Source: an uncultured Chloroflexia bacterium
GTDB lineage: Bacteria; Chloroflexota; Limnocylindria; Limnocylindrales; CSP1-4
NCBI GenBank assembly: GCA_963772565.1
Contig: CAVYXU010000076.1
Location: 84,799-148,798 of the forward strand
Direction of reading: 5' to 3'
Length of the DNA: 64,000 nt
The notes beneath the pieces were generated by a model. The model ran no database searches, was not told where the DNA came from, and saw only the letters and a program-made list of their open reading frames with translations. The first letter of the stretch is position 1; each line of letters begins with the position of its first letter. Shown piece by piece: positions 8,472 to 18,567 of this stretch. The translations under genes were made by a program, and so were the position numbers.

Positions 8472-9260
8472 TCAGAGCCGGCCGAGCAGCTCGCGCTTCT
8501 TCGCCTCGAACTCCTCGGGAGTGACGATCCCGCGATCACGGAGGTCGCCGAGGCGTCCCAGCGCCTCCGTCACCTCGTCGCCGGACATGGCCGCCGGTTG
8601 CGGTCCTGCCGGGGCGGTCGGCGCAGGTGCCGGGGCGACTGGTGCGACGTACGCGGGCGCGGGCTGGGCCGGAGTGGCCGGCGCGGGCGGCGGCGCTGCC
8701 TGCGCTCCCTGGCGCCCCTCACCGGTCGACCGGAGCGGTGGCATCGTCGGCCGGCCGAGCTCGATCTCGAGCTCGTGCTTCGCCTCGAGCATCGCCTTCT
8801 TGAACGACTTGGCGTCGCGCAGCATGCGCAGCAGCTCGTTGCCGTCTTCGGAGGCCGTGAGCACCTCCAGGTCGCCGAAGCCGAAGATCCGGCCGGCCCA
8901 GCCCTCGGACAGGATCGCGTCGTTGATCTTCTCGAGCGACGAGTCCGACGCCCGCTTGTTGACCACGCCTTCGGAATGGATCAGGCGCCGCGACGTGATC
9001 GTGTACTCCTCGTTCTGGTACCGCAGCCAGCTCCAGCCGACCGCGATCAGCCCGCCCACGAACAGGATGAGGGTGATCCAGCCCAGGAAGTCGATCACGA
9101 CGCCCGTCGCGCCGCTGGAGATGCGAATCAGGAGCAGCACGATCGCGACCACGAGCGCGAGGATCCCGAACCGCGCGTTGCCCGCCAGGATGAACCAGTG
9201 CTGGCGCTCGCGCCGGAGGATCCGCTCCCCCGACGCCAGCAGTGAGTCCGTGTACGACAT
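8472..9260 (-). CDS. membrane protein with bacterial PH (YdbT/bPH_2-like) domain and C-terminal SHOCT domain
   Basis: The ATG at 9260 gives MSYTDSLLASGERILRRERQHWFIL..., two TM helices, then YTITSRRLIHSEGVVNKRASDSSLEKINDA...FGDLEV. A Pro/Ala linker follows, then DLRDRGIVTPEEFEAKKRELLGRL (SHOCT). Confidence 0.7.
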   Translation of the reverse strand: MSYTDSLLASGERILRRERQHWFILAGNARFGILALVVAIVLLLIRISSGATGVVIDFLGWITLILFVGGLIAVGWSWLRYQNEEYTITSRRLIHSEGVVNKRASDSSLEKINDAILSEGWAGRIFGFGDLEVLTASEDGNELLRMLRDAKSFKKAMLEAKHELEIELGRPTMPPLRSTGEGRQGAQAAPPPAPATPAQPAPAYVAPVAPAPAPTAPAGPQPAAMSGDEVTEALGRLGDLRDRGIVTPEEFEAKKRELLGRL

Positions 9261-9274
9261 CGCCCGAAACCTCC

Positions 9275-10228
9275 TCAAGCCCGTGGGTGAGCGCGGGCGT
9301 AGACCTCGCGGATGCGCTCCCCGGTCAGGTGCGTATACAGCTGGGTCGTGGAAATACTTGCATGTCCGAGCAGCTCCTGGACGACGCGCAGGTCGGCGCC
9401 ACCTTCGAGGAGGTGCGTTGCGAACGAATGCCGCAGCGTGTGTGGCGAGACGCGGCCGTCCAGGCCGGCGGCCTCCGCACTCGCCTTGACGATCGCCCAT
9501 GCCTGCTGGCGCCCGAGCCGGCGGCCGCGAGCCGTGACGAACAGCGGCGCCTCCGAGTCATCCGCAACGCCGGCCGACCCGAGCCAGGCAGCCCGGGGCC
9601 AGGTCAGGTAGCGTGAAAGCCACTCGAGCGCGATGTCCCCGACCGGCACCAGCCGTTCCCGGTCGCCCTTGCCGACCACCCGCACGAACCCGCCGTCGAG
9701 CGACAGCTCGCCGCGATCGAGTCCCAGCGCCTCCGACACGCGGAGTCCGGCGGCGTACAGCAGCTCGACCAGCGTCCGGTTGCGCAACCCGACGCCCGAC
9801 GCCTCCGTGGGCGGCCCGCCGTCCGGGACGTCCCCGCCGGTCGCCTCCAGCAGCTGCTCGACCTCGGCAACGGTGAGCGTCTCGGGGAGCAGGCGCGGCT
9901 GTCGCGGCAGGTCGAGATGCGCCGCAACGTCGACCGCGATGACCCCGTCGCCGTACGCGAACCGGTAGAAGCCGCGGATCGCCGCCGCGCGCCGGCGCAG
10001 GCTGGTCGGGGCGAGCCCCGGGTCGTTCGGACGGCCCCGGCGCGCCCGGGCGGCAAGGTAGCGCTGGGCAACCTCGGGACCGCTCGCCCAGTCGCGGGCG
10101 GCACCGCGGCTCATCGCAAAGTCGGTGAGGTCCGCCCGGTAGGCGGTGATCGTCGCGTCGGCCACACCGCGCTCGACGCGCAGGTACGCGAGATAGCCCT
10201 CGATCGCACCGTCGAGGGTCGTCGTCAC
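9275..10228 (-). CDS. xerD: site-specific tyrosine recombinase XerD (start uncertain: GTG 10228 or ATG 10285)
   Basis: LDGAIEGYLAYLRVERGVADATITAYRADLTDF..., [57 protein letters not shown] (R..HxxR..Y catalytic set). It lies next to recN as in actinobacterial genomes. Confidence 0.85.
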   Translation of the reverse strand: MTTTLDGAIEGYLAYLRVERGVADATITAYRADLTDFAMSRGAARDWASGPEVAQRYLAARARRGRPNDPGLAPTSLRRRAAAIRGFYRFAYGDGVIAVDVAAHLDLPRQPRLLPETLTVAEVEQLLEATGGDVPDGGPPTEASGVGLRNRTLVELLYAAGLRVSEALGLDRGELSLDGGFVRVVGKGDRERLVPVGDIALEWLSRYLTWPRAAWLGSAGVADDSEAPLFVTARGRRLGRQQAWAIVKASAEAAGLDGRVSPHTLRHSFATHLLEGGADLRVVQELLGHASISTTQLYTHLTGERIREVYARAHPRA

Positions 10229-10248
10229 GCGATCCGCCGTCCCCGCCG

Positions 10249-11976
10249 TCAGGCCGGCACGTCGGCCGGGCGGCCGGCGGTCCACGCCTCGGCCCGGTCG
10301 AGCAGCTCGCGTGCCGACAGCCGCGCGGCGTCACCCCCGCCGGCCCCGCCGATCATCAGCGCCAGCTCGACCTCGCGATCGGCGCGATCCAGGCGGACGA
10401 CCTCGGTCACGGTCCGGCCGCCCCGCTCCCCCTTGGCGATCCGGTAGTGCGCATCGGCGTAGGCCGCGATCTGCGGGAGATGGGTGACGCACAGGACCTG
10501 GTGCTCGCGGGCGAGCGTCCACAGCGAGCGGCCCACCGGGTCCGCACTGCGCCCGCCGATCCCGGAGTCGATCTCGTCGAACACCAGCGTCGGCGTCTCG
10601 TCCACGGCCGCCAGCACCTGCTTGACCGCGAGGGCCACCCGCGACAGCTCGCCGCCCGATGCGATCCGGGCCAGCGGCCGGGCGGGTTCGCCCGGATTGG
10701 GTCGGAAGCGGAAGACGACCGTGTCGATCCCGCTGGCGTCGAACGCAACGGCATCCCCGTCCACCTCGACGGCAGCGTCGTCGCGGGCGGCCGGCCGGCG
10801 CCCGAGGCCCACCTCGAATGCGTCCGGCGGAAAGCCCAGCTCCGCGAGCACCGATGACACGGCCTCACCGAGCGCGCCGGCCGTGCCCGACCGCTGGATC
10901 GACAACGACGCCGCAGCATCGGCGACCTCGAGCAGCAGGCGGGCGTCCTCCGCCGCGCGCCGCGCCCGCTCCTCGTCCAGCCCGCGCAGCCGCTCCATCT
11001 CGGCCGCCGCGCGCTCCCCGTGGGCGATCACCGCGGCCTCGTCGTCGCCGTACCGTCGGATCAGGCGGTGGATCTCGCCCAGCCGGTCCTCCAGGCGCGT
11101 CAGGCTGGCCGGATCGTGATCCACCGTCTCGGCGAGCGTCCGGACCTCGGCCGCGATGTCGTCGATCTCGGCCTCGGCGCCGGCCAGCCGATCCACCAGC
11201 GGCGCCCAGCGCTCGTCGAGACGGGCGAGGGTCCGGACGTCGTGCACCGCGCGTGCGACGCGCTCGCGGGCTCCTCCGCCCTCCTCCAGCAGGATCTCGC
11301 GAACCTCGGCGGCCCCCGACGCGATCGCCTCACCGTGCTGCGCCGCGGCGAGCTCCCGGGTGATCTCCGCGGCTTCCCCGGCGCGCAACCGCCCCGCGGC
11401 GATCTCCTTCGTCTCGTGCTCCAGGACGTCGATTCGGCGGAGCAGCTCCCGCGGCTCCATCGCGAGCTCGAGCAGCGCCGCGCGGTTGCCCCGCCAGCGC
11501 TCGACGGCCGCCGCGACGCGCTCGCGGGCCTGGCCGTGCCCGCCGTACGCGTCGAGCAGGTCCCGCTGCCAGTCCTCGTCGAGCAGCCGCTGCTGGTCGT
11601 GCTGGCCGTGGATCTCGACCAAATCCCCGGTCGCGCCCGCCAGCCGGCCGGCGGTCACGGTCTCATCGTCGAGCCGGGCCGTCGAGCGCCCGCTGCTCGC
11701 GACCTCGCGGACGGCGATCAGCGGCTCCGGGAGTCGGTCGAACAGCGCCTCGACGCGCGCCGACTCCGCCCCGTGACGGACGAGCGTCGTGTCCGCGCGC
11801 GCCCCGAGCGCAAGGCCGAGGGCGTCGATCAGCAGGCTCTTGCCCGCCCCGGTCTCGCCGGTCAGCACGTTGAACCCCGGCGCGAACGCCAGCCGCAGCC
11901 GGTCGATCAGGGCGAGGTCCGAGACCGCCAGCTCCAGCAGCCGGCCCGCACGATCCGGGGAGCGTTCGATGGCCAT
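10249..11976 (-). CDS. recN: DNA repair protein RecN
   Basis: 575 aa with the Walker A motif NVLTGETGAGKSLLIDAL, a long coiled-coil middle, SGGELSRVALA and LVFDEIDSGIGG. Confidence 0.95.
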   Translation of the reverse strand: MAIERSPDRAGRLLELAVSDLALIDRLRLAFAPGFNVLTGETGAGKSLLIDALGLALGARADTTLVRHGAESARVEALFDRLPEPLIAVREVASSGRSTARLDDETVTAGRLAGATGDLVEIHGQHDQQRLLDEDWQRDLLDAYGGHGQARERVAAAVERWRGNRAALLELAMEPRELLRRIDVLEHETKEIAAGRLRAGEAAEITRELAAAQHGEAIASGAAEVREILLEEGGGARERVARAVHDVRTLARLDERWAPLVDRLAGAEAEIDDIAAEVRTLAETVDHDPASLTRLEDRLGEIHRLIRRYGDDEAAVIAHGERAAAEMERLRGLDEERARRAAEDARLLLEVADAAASLSIQRSGTAGALGEAVSSVLAELGFPPDAFEVGLGRRPAARDDAAVEVDGDAVAFDASGIDTVVFRFRPNPGEPARPLARIASGGELSRVALAVKQVLAAVDETPTLVFDEIDSGIGGRSADPVGRSLWTLAREHQVLCVTHLPQIAAYADAHYRIAKGERGGRTVTEVVRLDRADREVELALMIGGAGGGDAARLSARELLDRAEAWTAGRPADVPA

Positions 11977-11978
11977 CG

Positions 11979-12821
11979 TCAGGACGGCAGCAACGCGACC
12001 TTCGTCCGCAGCAGGTCCCAGAACGGGAGCGCCCCCTGCGGCTCGACGAACCGGATCGGCCGCTCCAGCGCGCGCACCTCGACGACGTCACCGACGCGGA
12101 TCGGCCAGTCCTCCCGGCCGTCGATTGAGACCAGCGCCTCGAGCGCGTCGAGCACCCGGCAGCGGACCACCTGCTCCGGCGACACCACGATCGACCGAAT
12201 CGCCGAGAGGTAGCCCGCGATGGGCGTCACCACCAGGTTCCGGCTGTGCGGGTCGAGGATCGGGCCGCCGGCCGAGAACGAGTAGCCCGTCGAGCCGGTG
12301 GGACTCGAGACGACGAGGCCGTCCGCGACGAACGTCGCGACGTGCAATTCGTCGATGGTGACTTCGAGCCGGACCACGCGGGCCAGCGCACCCCGGGCGA
12401 CCACGATGTCGTTGAGCGCCGTGAACGCGGTCGTCGTAGGCCCGCCCTCGGGCAGGATCGCGCCCGTCAGCGCCATCCGCTCGCGCAGGACGAACTCGCC
12501 GGCGATCAGGTGCTCGAGGACGGGCTCCAGCTCGTTCGCCTCTGCCTTGGACAGGAAGCCCACCTTGCCCAGGTTGACGCCCAGGATCGGGACGTCCACC
12601 TCGGCCACGGCCTGGGTCGCCCGCAGGAACGTTCCGTCGCCACCGAGGACGACCAGGACGTCCGTCTGCGGCAGGTGCTCCACCAGGCTGGCCAGCTCGC
12701 CGGCGGGCTCCGCCCAGTGGTCCACGTCGCGCAGCCGGCACCAGGCGGCGGCGCGGTCGCGCAGCTCGGTTGCCTGCCGGATGGTCGGGTTGTAGGCGAA
12801 CCCGATCCGCCGGGCGTTCAC
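11979..12821 (-). CDS. nadK: NAD(+) kinase
   Basis: VVLGGDGTFLRA, GVNLGKVGFL, NDIVV, ADGLVVSSPTGSTGYSFSAGGPI. GTG start overlaps the tlyA stop (GTGA). Confidence 0.9.
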   Translation of the reverse strand: MNARRIGFAYNPTIRQATELRDRAAAWCRLRDVDHWAEPAGELASLVEHLPQTDVLVVLGGDGTFLRATQAVAEVDVPILGVNLGKVGFLSKAEANELEPVLEHLIAGEFVLRERMALTGAILPEGGPTTTAFTALNDIVVARGALARVVRLEVTIDELHVATFVADGLVVSSPTGSTGYSFSAGGPILDPHSRNLVVTPIAGYLSAIRSIVVSPEQVVRCRVLDALEALVSIDGREDWPIRVGDVVEVRALERPIRFVEPQGALPFWDLLRTKVALLPS

Positions 12822-13642
12822 TGCGACCCTTCCCAGGCGGCCGATACGGCCTCATCGATTCGGTCGCCGACCTCCGCGCACGATGGCCCGGCCTGGAGGT
12901 GAACCAGGAACTCCCGGTTTCCCTCGGGCCCCAGGATCGGGGACGCAATCACCGCGCGCGTGCCGAGCCCCGCCGCAGCCGCCGTGGCGACTGCGTCGCG
13001 CAGCACGCGCCGATGCACCTCCGGATCTCGCACCACGCCGCCCTTCGCGTCCGCGCGGCCCGCCTCGAACTGCGGCTTGACCAGCGCGACGATCGGGCCA
13101 CTTCCGTCGCGCAGGACCGACCGGATCGGCTCCAGCACCAGCCCCAACGAGATGAACGACACGTCGACCACGGCGAGGTCGACGGGCTCGGGGAGCATGC
13201 CCGGCGCGAGCGTCCTGGCGTTGACGCGCTCCATGGACACGACGCGAGCATCCCGGCGCAGCGGGTCGGCGAGCTGGCCGTATCCCACGTCCACCGCGTA
13301 CACGCGGCCGGCACCACGGGCCAGCAGGACATGCGTGAACCCACCCGTGGAGGCACCGACATCGAGGCAGACCAGACCCGCGGGATCGATGCCGAACGCG
13401 TCGAGCGCAGCGATCAGCTTGTGCGCCCCGCGACTGACCCACTGCCGGCCCTCCGCGACGTCCACGACCACGGCGCGATCGACCATGTCGCCCGACTTGA
13501 GGTCCCGTCGCGCGGAATCGCCGGCGCCGACCCGGACCTTGCCCCCAAGCACCAGCGCCTGAGCCCGCGCCCGCGTCGGTGCCAGGCCACGCTCCACCAG
13601 GAGGTGGTCCAGCCGGATTCGTCGAGAGGTCGCGGCGCCCAT
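12818..13642 (-). CDS. tlyA: TlyA family rRNA (cytidine-2'-O)-methyltransferase
   Basis: RLDHLLVERGLAPTRARAQALV (S4-like), VSRGAHKLIAALDAF, CLDVGASTGGFTHVLL, DVSFISL. Confidence 0.9.
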   Translation of the reverse strand: MGAATSRRIRLDHLLVERGLAPTRARAQALVLGGKVRVGAGDSARRDLKSGDMVDRAVVVDVAEGRQWVSRGAHKLIAALDAFGIDPAGLVCLDVGASTGGFTHVLLARGAGRVYAVDVGYGQLADPLRRDARVVSMERVNARTLAPGMLPEPVDLAVVDVSFISLGLVLEPIRSVLRDGSGPIVALVKPQFEAGRADAKGGVVRDPEVHRRVLRDAVATAAAAGLGTRAVIASPILGPEGNREFLVHLQAGPSCAEVGDRIDEAVSAAWEGSQ

Positions 13643-13703
13643 CGCGCCTATCGTGGCACAGCCCGCTCCACCGGGACGTATCGCGGGCGCTGCCGCGGGC
13701 GGA

Positions 13704-15902
13704 TCAATCGCGCCGACGACGCGTCCTGGCAGCGGGCGCGCCGCCTTCGCCGGTCGGGCGCGCCCCCGGGGTGATCCGCAGCTGATCGATCGTCTCGCGG
13801 ACCTGGGCCGTCAGCCCCGGGACGTCCAGCCGGAGCAGCCGGCGGAGATCCGAGACGGCGCCGTGGTCGACGAACCGGTCGCCGGGGATGCCGATGATCC
13901 GCACCGGGATGTCGCGATACGACACGTCCGCAACCCGCGCGTCCTCGAACGCATCGAGCACGCCGGAGCCGAAGCCACCGGTCACGACGCTCTCCTCGAA
14001 CGTCACCACGAGCTGCTTCCCGCGCGCCTGGTCGAGGATCAGCTGGCGGTCGAGCGGCTTGGCGAAGCGGGCGTTGATGATCCCGGTCGACCAGCCGTCG
14101 GCCTCGAGCGCTTCGGCCGCCTCGACGGCCCGCTGGGTGATCGGACCAAACCCGACGAACAGCAGGTCGTGGCCCTCGCGGAGGACCTCCCCCCGACCGA
14201 CGGGGAGCGGCGTCGCGGCTCGCTCGTCAACGCCGAACCCGGCGTCGCGCGGGTAATGGAGTGCGAACGGATGGTCCTGGGCGAACGCGGTCCGCAGCAG
14301 CGCCCGGAGCTCCTGCTCGTCTCGCGGGCTGGCGATCACGAGATTCGGCAGCTGACGCTGGGCGGGCAGCGTGAACATCCCCTGGTGGCTGGTGCCGTCC
14401 TCGCCGACCAGGCCGGCGCGGTCGACGGCGAGCACGACCGGCGCGTCGTTCTGGCACACGTCGTGCACCGTCTGGTCGAACGCGCGCTGGAGGAATGTGG
14501 AGTACAGGGCGACGATCGGGCGCAGGCCGCCCAGCGCGAGGCCCGTGGCCAGCGTCACGGCGTGCTGCTCGGCGATCCCGACATCGATGAAGCGGTCCGG
14601 ATATGCCTGCTGGAACTTCGCGAGGCCGGTGCCGGTGGGCATGCCCGCGGTGATCGCCACGATCCGGCGGTCCTCTGCCCCGAGTGCGACCAGCTCCCGC
14701 GAGAAGAACGCGGTGTAGTTGGGGGTCTTCTGCTCGTCGCTCACCGGCGACGGCATCGCGGACGGCTCGGCTGCACCTTCGGTGTTGTGCGCGGGGCTGC
14801 GCCGATCGGCCATCACCGACACCGACGGCGGCGCTCCCTCCTCTGCGTCGCGCGACGCGGTCACGGCCGAGCCCGTGGCGGCCGACGACGCCATCGCATC
14901 GCCGTTGGTGCCGTTTGCCGAGGCGCCCAGCCGGTCGTGCATGTCGGTGGCCGGTGCCAGGGTCATCGGCGGCAACGCGGCGCCGTGGAACGAGACCTGA
15001 TCCCTCTCCGCCGGGCGGTAGCCCTTGCCCTTCTGCGTCCGGACGTGGACGATCACCGGCCCGGTGAACGAGAGCGCCCGGCGGAACGTCTCCTCGAGCA
15101 GGTGGACATCGTGGCCCGGCATGACCCCGATGTAGGTGATCCCGAGGTCCTCGAACAGCTGGCCCGGCTGCGCGAACGAGACCACTGACTGCCGGAACCG
15201 GCGAGAGAGCTCGAGCAGCCGCGGCCCGACGAACGGGATCCGCTCGGTCGCCGAGTCCCACGCGGTCTTGCCCTGGCGCCAGGCGGCCGACAGCTTGATC
15301 TCGGACAGGTATTTCGACAGCGCACCGACCGACGGGCTGATCGACATCTCGTTGTCGTTGAGCACGATCAGCAGCTGCGTCTGCCGATGCCCGATGTCGT
15401 TGAGCGCCTCGAGGCTGAGGCCGGACAGCAGCGCGGAATCCCCGACCACGACCGCGATCCGCTCCATCGAGTGCCGCAGGTCACGGGCGGTCGCGAGACC
15501 CTGGGCGATCGAGAGGCCGGTGCCGGCGTGGCCACCGTCGAACACGTCATGCGGCGACTCCGTGCGCCGCGGGAAGCCGCCCACGCCATCGATCTGGCGC
15601 AGCGTGTGGAATCGTTCCAGCCGGCCGGTGAGCAGCTTGTGCGCGTACGCCTGGTGGCCGGTGTCCCACACGATCCGGTCGCGCGGCGACTCGAGCTGCC
15701 GGTGCAGCGCCAGCGTGATCTCGACGACCCCAAGCGACGATCCCAGGTGGCCGCCGGTGACCGCGACCGTGCGGATGATCGTCTCCCGGATCTCAGCCGC
15801 GAGCTGGTCCAGCTCCTGGTCGGACAGACCGCGAAGCTCCGCGGGGTCCTGGAGGCGATCGAGGATCGGCACGGACTTCGGCTCCTGTTGCGAGGGGAAC
15901 AT
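13704..15902 (-). CDS. dxs: 1-deoxy-D-xylulose-5-phosphate synthase
   Basis: The ATG at 15902 gives ...ILDRLQDPAELRGLS..GGHLGSSLGVVEITLALH..WDTGHQAYAHKLLTGR..GHAGTGLS..DNEMSIS..DVGIAEQHAVT..DRAGLVGEDGTSHQG. It carries an unusually long low-complexity linker at about aa 311-395. Confidence 0.95.
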   Translation of the reverse strand: MFPSQQEPKSVPILDRLQDPAELRGLSDQELDQLAAEIRETIIRTVAVTGGHLGSSLGVVEITLALHRQLESPRDRIVWDTGHQAYAHKLLTGRLERFHTLRQIDGVGGFPRRTESPHDVFDGGHAGTGLSIAQGLATARDLRHSMERIAVVVGDSALLSGLSLEALNDIGHRQTQLLIVLNDNEMSISPSVGALSKYLSEIKLSAAWRQGKTAWDSATERIPFVGPRLLELSRRFRQSVVSFAQPGQLFEDLGITYIGVMPGHDVHLLEETFRRALSFTGPVIVHVRTQKGKGYRPAERDQVSFHGAALPPMTLAPATDMHDRLGASANGTNGDAMASSAATGSAVTASRDAEEGAPPSVSVMADRRSPAHNTEGAAEPSAMPSPVSDEQKTPNYTAFFSRELVALGAEDRRIVAITAGMPTGTGLAKFQQAYPDRFIDVGIAEQHAVTLATGLALGGLRPIVALYSTFLQRAFDQTVHDVCQNDAPVVLAVDRAGLVGEDGTSHQGMFTLPAQRQLPNLVIASPRDEQELRALLRTAFAQDHPFALHYPRDAGFGVDERAATPLPVGRGEVLREGHDLLFVGFGPITQRAVEAAEALEADGWSTGIINARFAKPLDRQLILDQARGKQLVVTFEESVVTGGFGSGVLDAFEDARVADVSYRDIPVRIIGIPGDRFVDHGAVSDLRRLLRLDVPGLTAQVRETIDQLRITPGARPTGEGGAPAARTRRRRD

Positions 15903-16047
15903 GCCGGCTGTGACGGCCGGCTGGACCCGGCGGTGATGCTGGACGGCGCCCTCGTGGGCGTGAAAAGGGTCGAGATTATGTGATATCCGATGGTAGCACG
16001 ATGTCCGATCGCGGCCGCCGGAGCGAGCCGTTTCCACGGCGGCTCCC

Positions 16048-16326
16048 CTACTCCTCCGCGGCGTCCTCGGGTCGGACGTCGATGGCCGCGAGCCCGCCCC
16101 CGGGCGCGGCCATCAGCTGCTGGACGCGCAGCTCCGCTTCGCCCAGCAGGCGCTCGCAGCGACGTTGGAGCGCCACCGCCCGCTCGTACATCGTGATCGT
16201 CTGCTCGAGCGTCTGGCCGCCCGCTTCAAGCGTCGCGACCACCCGCTGCAGCTCCGCGAAGGCGTCGTCGTAGGCGAGCGCCTCGACCGGGGGCGCGGCG
16301 GTGCCGGGTGCCGTCACGTCCGTCAC
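16048..16326 (-). CDS. xseB: exodeoxyribonuclease VII small subunit
   Basis: 92 aa, YDDAFAELQRVVATLEAGGQTLEQTITMYERAVALQRRCERLLGEAELRVQQL. GTG start overlaps the xseA stop (GTGA). Confidence 0.85.
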   Translation of the reverse strand: MTDVTAPGTAAPPVEALAYDDAFAELQRVVATLEAGGQTLEQTITMYERAVALQRRCERLLGEAELRVQQLMAAPGGGLAAIDVRPEDAAEE

Positions 16327-17840
16327 GGGTGCTCCTCCTGCGCTGCGGGGCCGGCGTCAGGCGCGTCGGCCGGTCCGACGGCGTCTGCTCCTCCGGCCAC
16401 GATCATACCCAGCGGAGGGTCGATCCCGGGTGGATCGCCTGGGCCGTCGCTGGTGGCCGCGAGGGTGCCGCGTGACAGCGCGAGCGACAGGCTCGTCCCG
16501 GCGATCGCCTCGGCCGGATCGCGCACGATCGCCCCGTCTCCGGCCCGGCGGACGATCGCATATCCACGGTCGAGCGTCGCCTGCGGGCCGAGCGCGGCAA
16601 GTGAGGCTGCCGCCGTGGCCAGCCCGGCCGAGGCCGCGCGGATCCGCCGGTCCAGGACGCGCGGAACCCGGCTCGCGAGCTCCTCGAGCCGGCGCATGTC
16701 GCGTTCGAGCCGGGTGCCCAGGATCCTGCTGGCGCGGTCGAGGACCAGCCCGACCCGCTCGCGCGATGCCGCAAGCTGCGCCCGCGGTTCGAGACGCGCG
16801 AGGGCACGCCGCTCCGCATCGACGTCGCGGCGCGCCACCCCGACCCGTCGCGTCACTGATGTGCCGGCCCGCTGCCCGAGCGCCCGGACCGCACCGGCCG
16901 CCTCCACCCGGTCCGGCACCACGAGCTCGGCCGCGGCCGACGGCGTCGGCGCCCGAACGTCGGCCGCGAAGTCGGCCAGGGTCACGTCGACCTCGTGGCC
17001 GACCCCGCACACCACGGGAACCGGGTGCGCCACGATCGCGCGGACGACACGCTCGTCGTTGAACGACCACAGGTCCTCCAGCGACCCTCCGCCGCGGGCC
17101 AGGATCGTCACCGCGGGCGCGTCGCCCGCCGCGCCCGGCGACTCCTGCTCGATCCAGCGCTCCAGCCGGCGCAGCGCCCGGACGATGCTCTCGGGCGCGC
17201 CGTCACCCTGGACCTTGCAGGCGACCAGCACCACGCGCGCCATCGGCCATCGCCGGGCCAGCACGTTGCATACGTCCTGCCACACCGCGCCCGTGGGCGA
17301 CGTGACCACGGCGATCGTGCGCGGCCTGGCCGGCAGCGGCCGCTTGCGTGCCGCGTCGAACAGGCCCTCCGCCGCCAGCCGCGCCTTGAGCTGCTCGAAG
17401 CGGATGGCCAGATCGCCGAACCCCGACGGCTGGATCGCATCGACGTACAGCTGGAGCGCGCCCTGCGGCTCGAACAGGTCAACCCGGCCGTGGGCGACGA
17501 CCTGCAGCCCGGTCTGCGGCTGGAACGGCGACCGGACGCGATCGTCGCGGAACCAGATGCACTGGAGCTGGGCACGCGCGTCCTTGAGCGTGAAGTAGGC
17601 ATGGCCGGCGCTCGAGACCGTGACCCGTCCGACCTCGCCCTCGACCCACACGTCGCGCAGCCCGTCGTCGGCCCGGATGCGCTCGCGGATCGCGCGGCTG
17701 ACCTCGGACACCGTCCTGACGCGGAGCCCGAAGGTGCCGCCGGGTACGGCAGGCCGCCGCGGCGGCGCGGCGTCGGGATCGTCGGGCAGCGTGTCCCAGG
17801 ACGGGAGCGCCCACTCGGGCGGCTCGGGGGTGCGGCTCAC
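16323..17840 (-). CDS. xseA: exodeoxyribonuclease VII large subunit
   Basis: VSEVSRAIRERI...VWVEGEV..SAGHAYFTLKD (OB fold), IAVVTSPTGAVWQDV, LARGGGSLEDLWSFNDE, VVCGVGHEVDVTLADF. GTG start. Confidence 0.9.
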   Translation of the reverse strand: MSRTPEPPEWALPSWDTLPDDPDAAPPRRPAVPGGTFGLRVRTVSEVSRAIRERIRADDGLRDVWVEGEVGRVTVSSAGHAYFTLKDARAQLQCIWFRDDRVRSPFQPQTGLQVVAHGRVDLFEPQGALQLYVDAIQPSGFGDLAIRFEQLKARLAAEGLFDAARKRPLPARPRTIAVVTSPTGAVWQDVCNVLARRWPMARVVLVACKVQGDGAPESIVRALRRLERWIEQESPGAAGDAPAVTILARGGGSLEDLWSFNDERVVRAIVAHPVPVVCGVGHEVDVTLADFAADVRAPTPSAAAELVVPDRVEAAGAVRALGQRAGTSVTRRVGVARRDVDAERRALARLEPRAQLAASRERVGLVLDRASRILGTRLERDMRRLEELASRVPRVLDRRIRAASAGLATAAASLAALGPQATLDRGYAIVRRAGDGAIVRDPAEAIAGTSLSLALSRGTLAATSDGPGDPPGIDPPLGMIVAGGADAVGPADAPDAGPAAQEEHP

Positions 17841-17870
17841 CGCGACATCTCGACGGCCGTCGCGAGCCCG

Positions 17871-18428
17871 CTAGAGGCGGGTCTGGTACTCGCCGGTTCG
17901 GGTGTCGATGCGCAGCGTGTCGCCCTCGTTGACGAACAGCGGCACGGTGACCACGAGACCGGTCTCCATCGTGGCGTTCTTGCGGGCGCCCTGGGCGGTA
18001 TCTCCCGCGTAGCCCGGCTCGGTCTCCTGGACCAGCAGGTCCACGGTGACCGGGAGCTCGATCCCGAGCGTCTCGCCCTGGTACGAGGTGCGATCGACGG
18101 TCATCCCCTCCTTCAGGAATCCGATCGCATCGTCGAGCGTCTCGGCCCGCAGGCTGAACTGCTCGTACGACTCGGTCTCCATGAAGTGGAGGTCGTCACC
18201 GTCGCGGTAGAGATACTGGACGGGCCGCCGGTCGATCTGTGCTCGCGGCCAGCGCTCGCCGGCCTGGAACGACTTCTCGACGGTGCTGCCCTTCTTGACG
18301 TTCCGGAACTTGATGCGGACCTGCGCCGAGCCCCGACCCATCTTGATGTGGTGATAGTCGAGGATCTGCCACAGCTCGCCATCGAGCTCGATGACGACGC
18401 CCTTGCGCAGCTCTCCGGTGCTGATCAT
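17871..18428 (-). CDS. efp: elongation factor P
   Basis: The ATG at 18428 gives MISTGELRKGVVIELDGELWQILDYHHIKMGRGSAQVRIKFRNVKKGS...ETGLVVTVPLFVNEGD.L.IDTRTGEY. 185 aa. Confidence 0.95.
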   Translation of the reverse strand: MISTGELRKGVVIELDGELWQILDYHHIKMGRGSAQVRIKFRNVKKGSTVEKSFQAGERWPRAQIDRRPVQYLYRDGDDLHFMETESYEQFSLRAETLDDAIGFLKEGMTVDRTSYQGETLGIELPVTVDLLVQETEPGYAGDTAQGARKNATMETGLVVTVPLFVNEGDTLRIDTRTGEYQTRL

Positions 18429-18567
18429 GTGGGCTGGTGCTCCCGGATGGACGTCACGGGTTCGCGAGGCGTGCGAACGCCGAACATCAGGCGAGGTGGT
18501 ATCGAGCCCGATCGTACCAGAGCCGCCGATCGGCCCCGGGGGCTCGGAGACCACAGCCGCTCCGCGA

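Noticed and set aside
9275-10285. Tyrosine recombinases (here and at 49039-50187) as integrases marking a mobile element
   Set aside because: Both carry XerD/XerC-type N-terminal and catalytic motifs. They sit in their usual chromosomal contexts, next to recN and near dprA/comM. I see no flanking direct repeats, tRNA, or phage or transposon genes.
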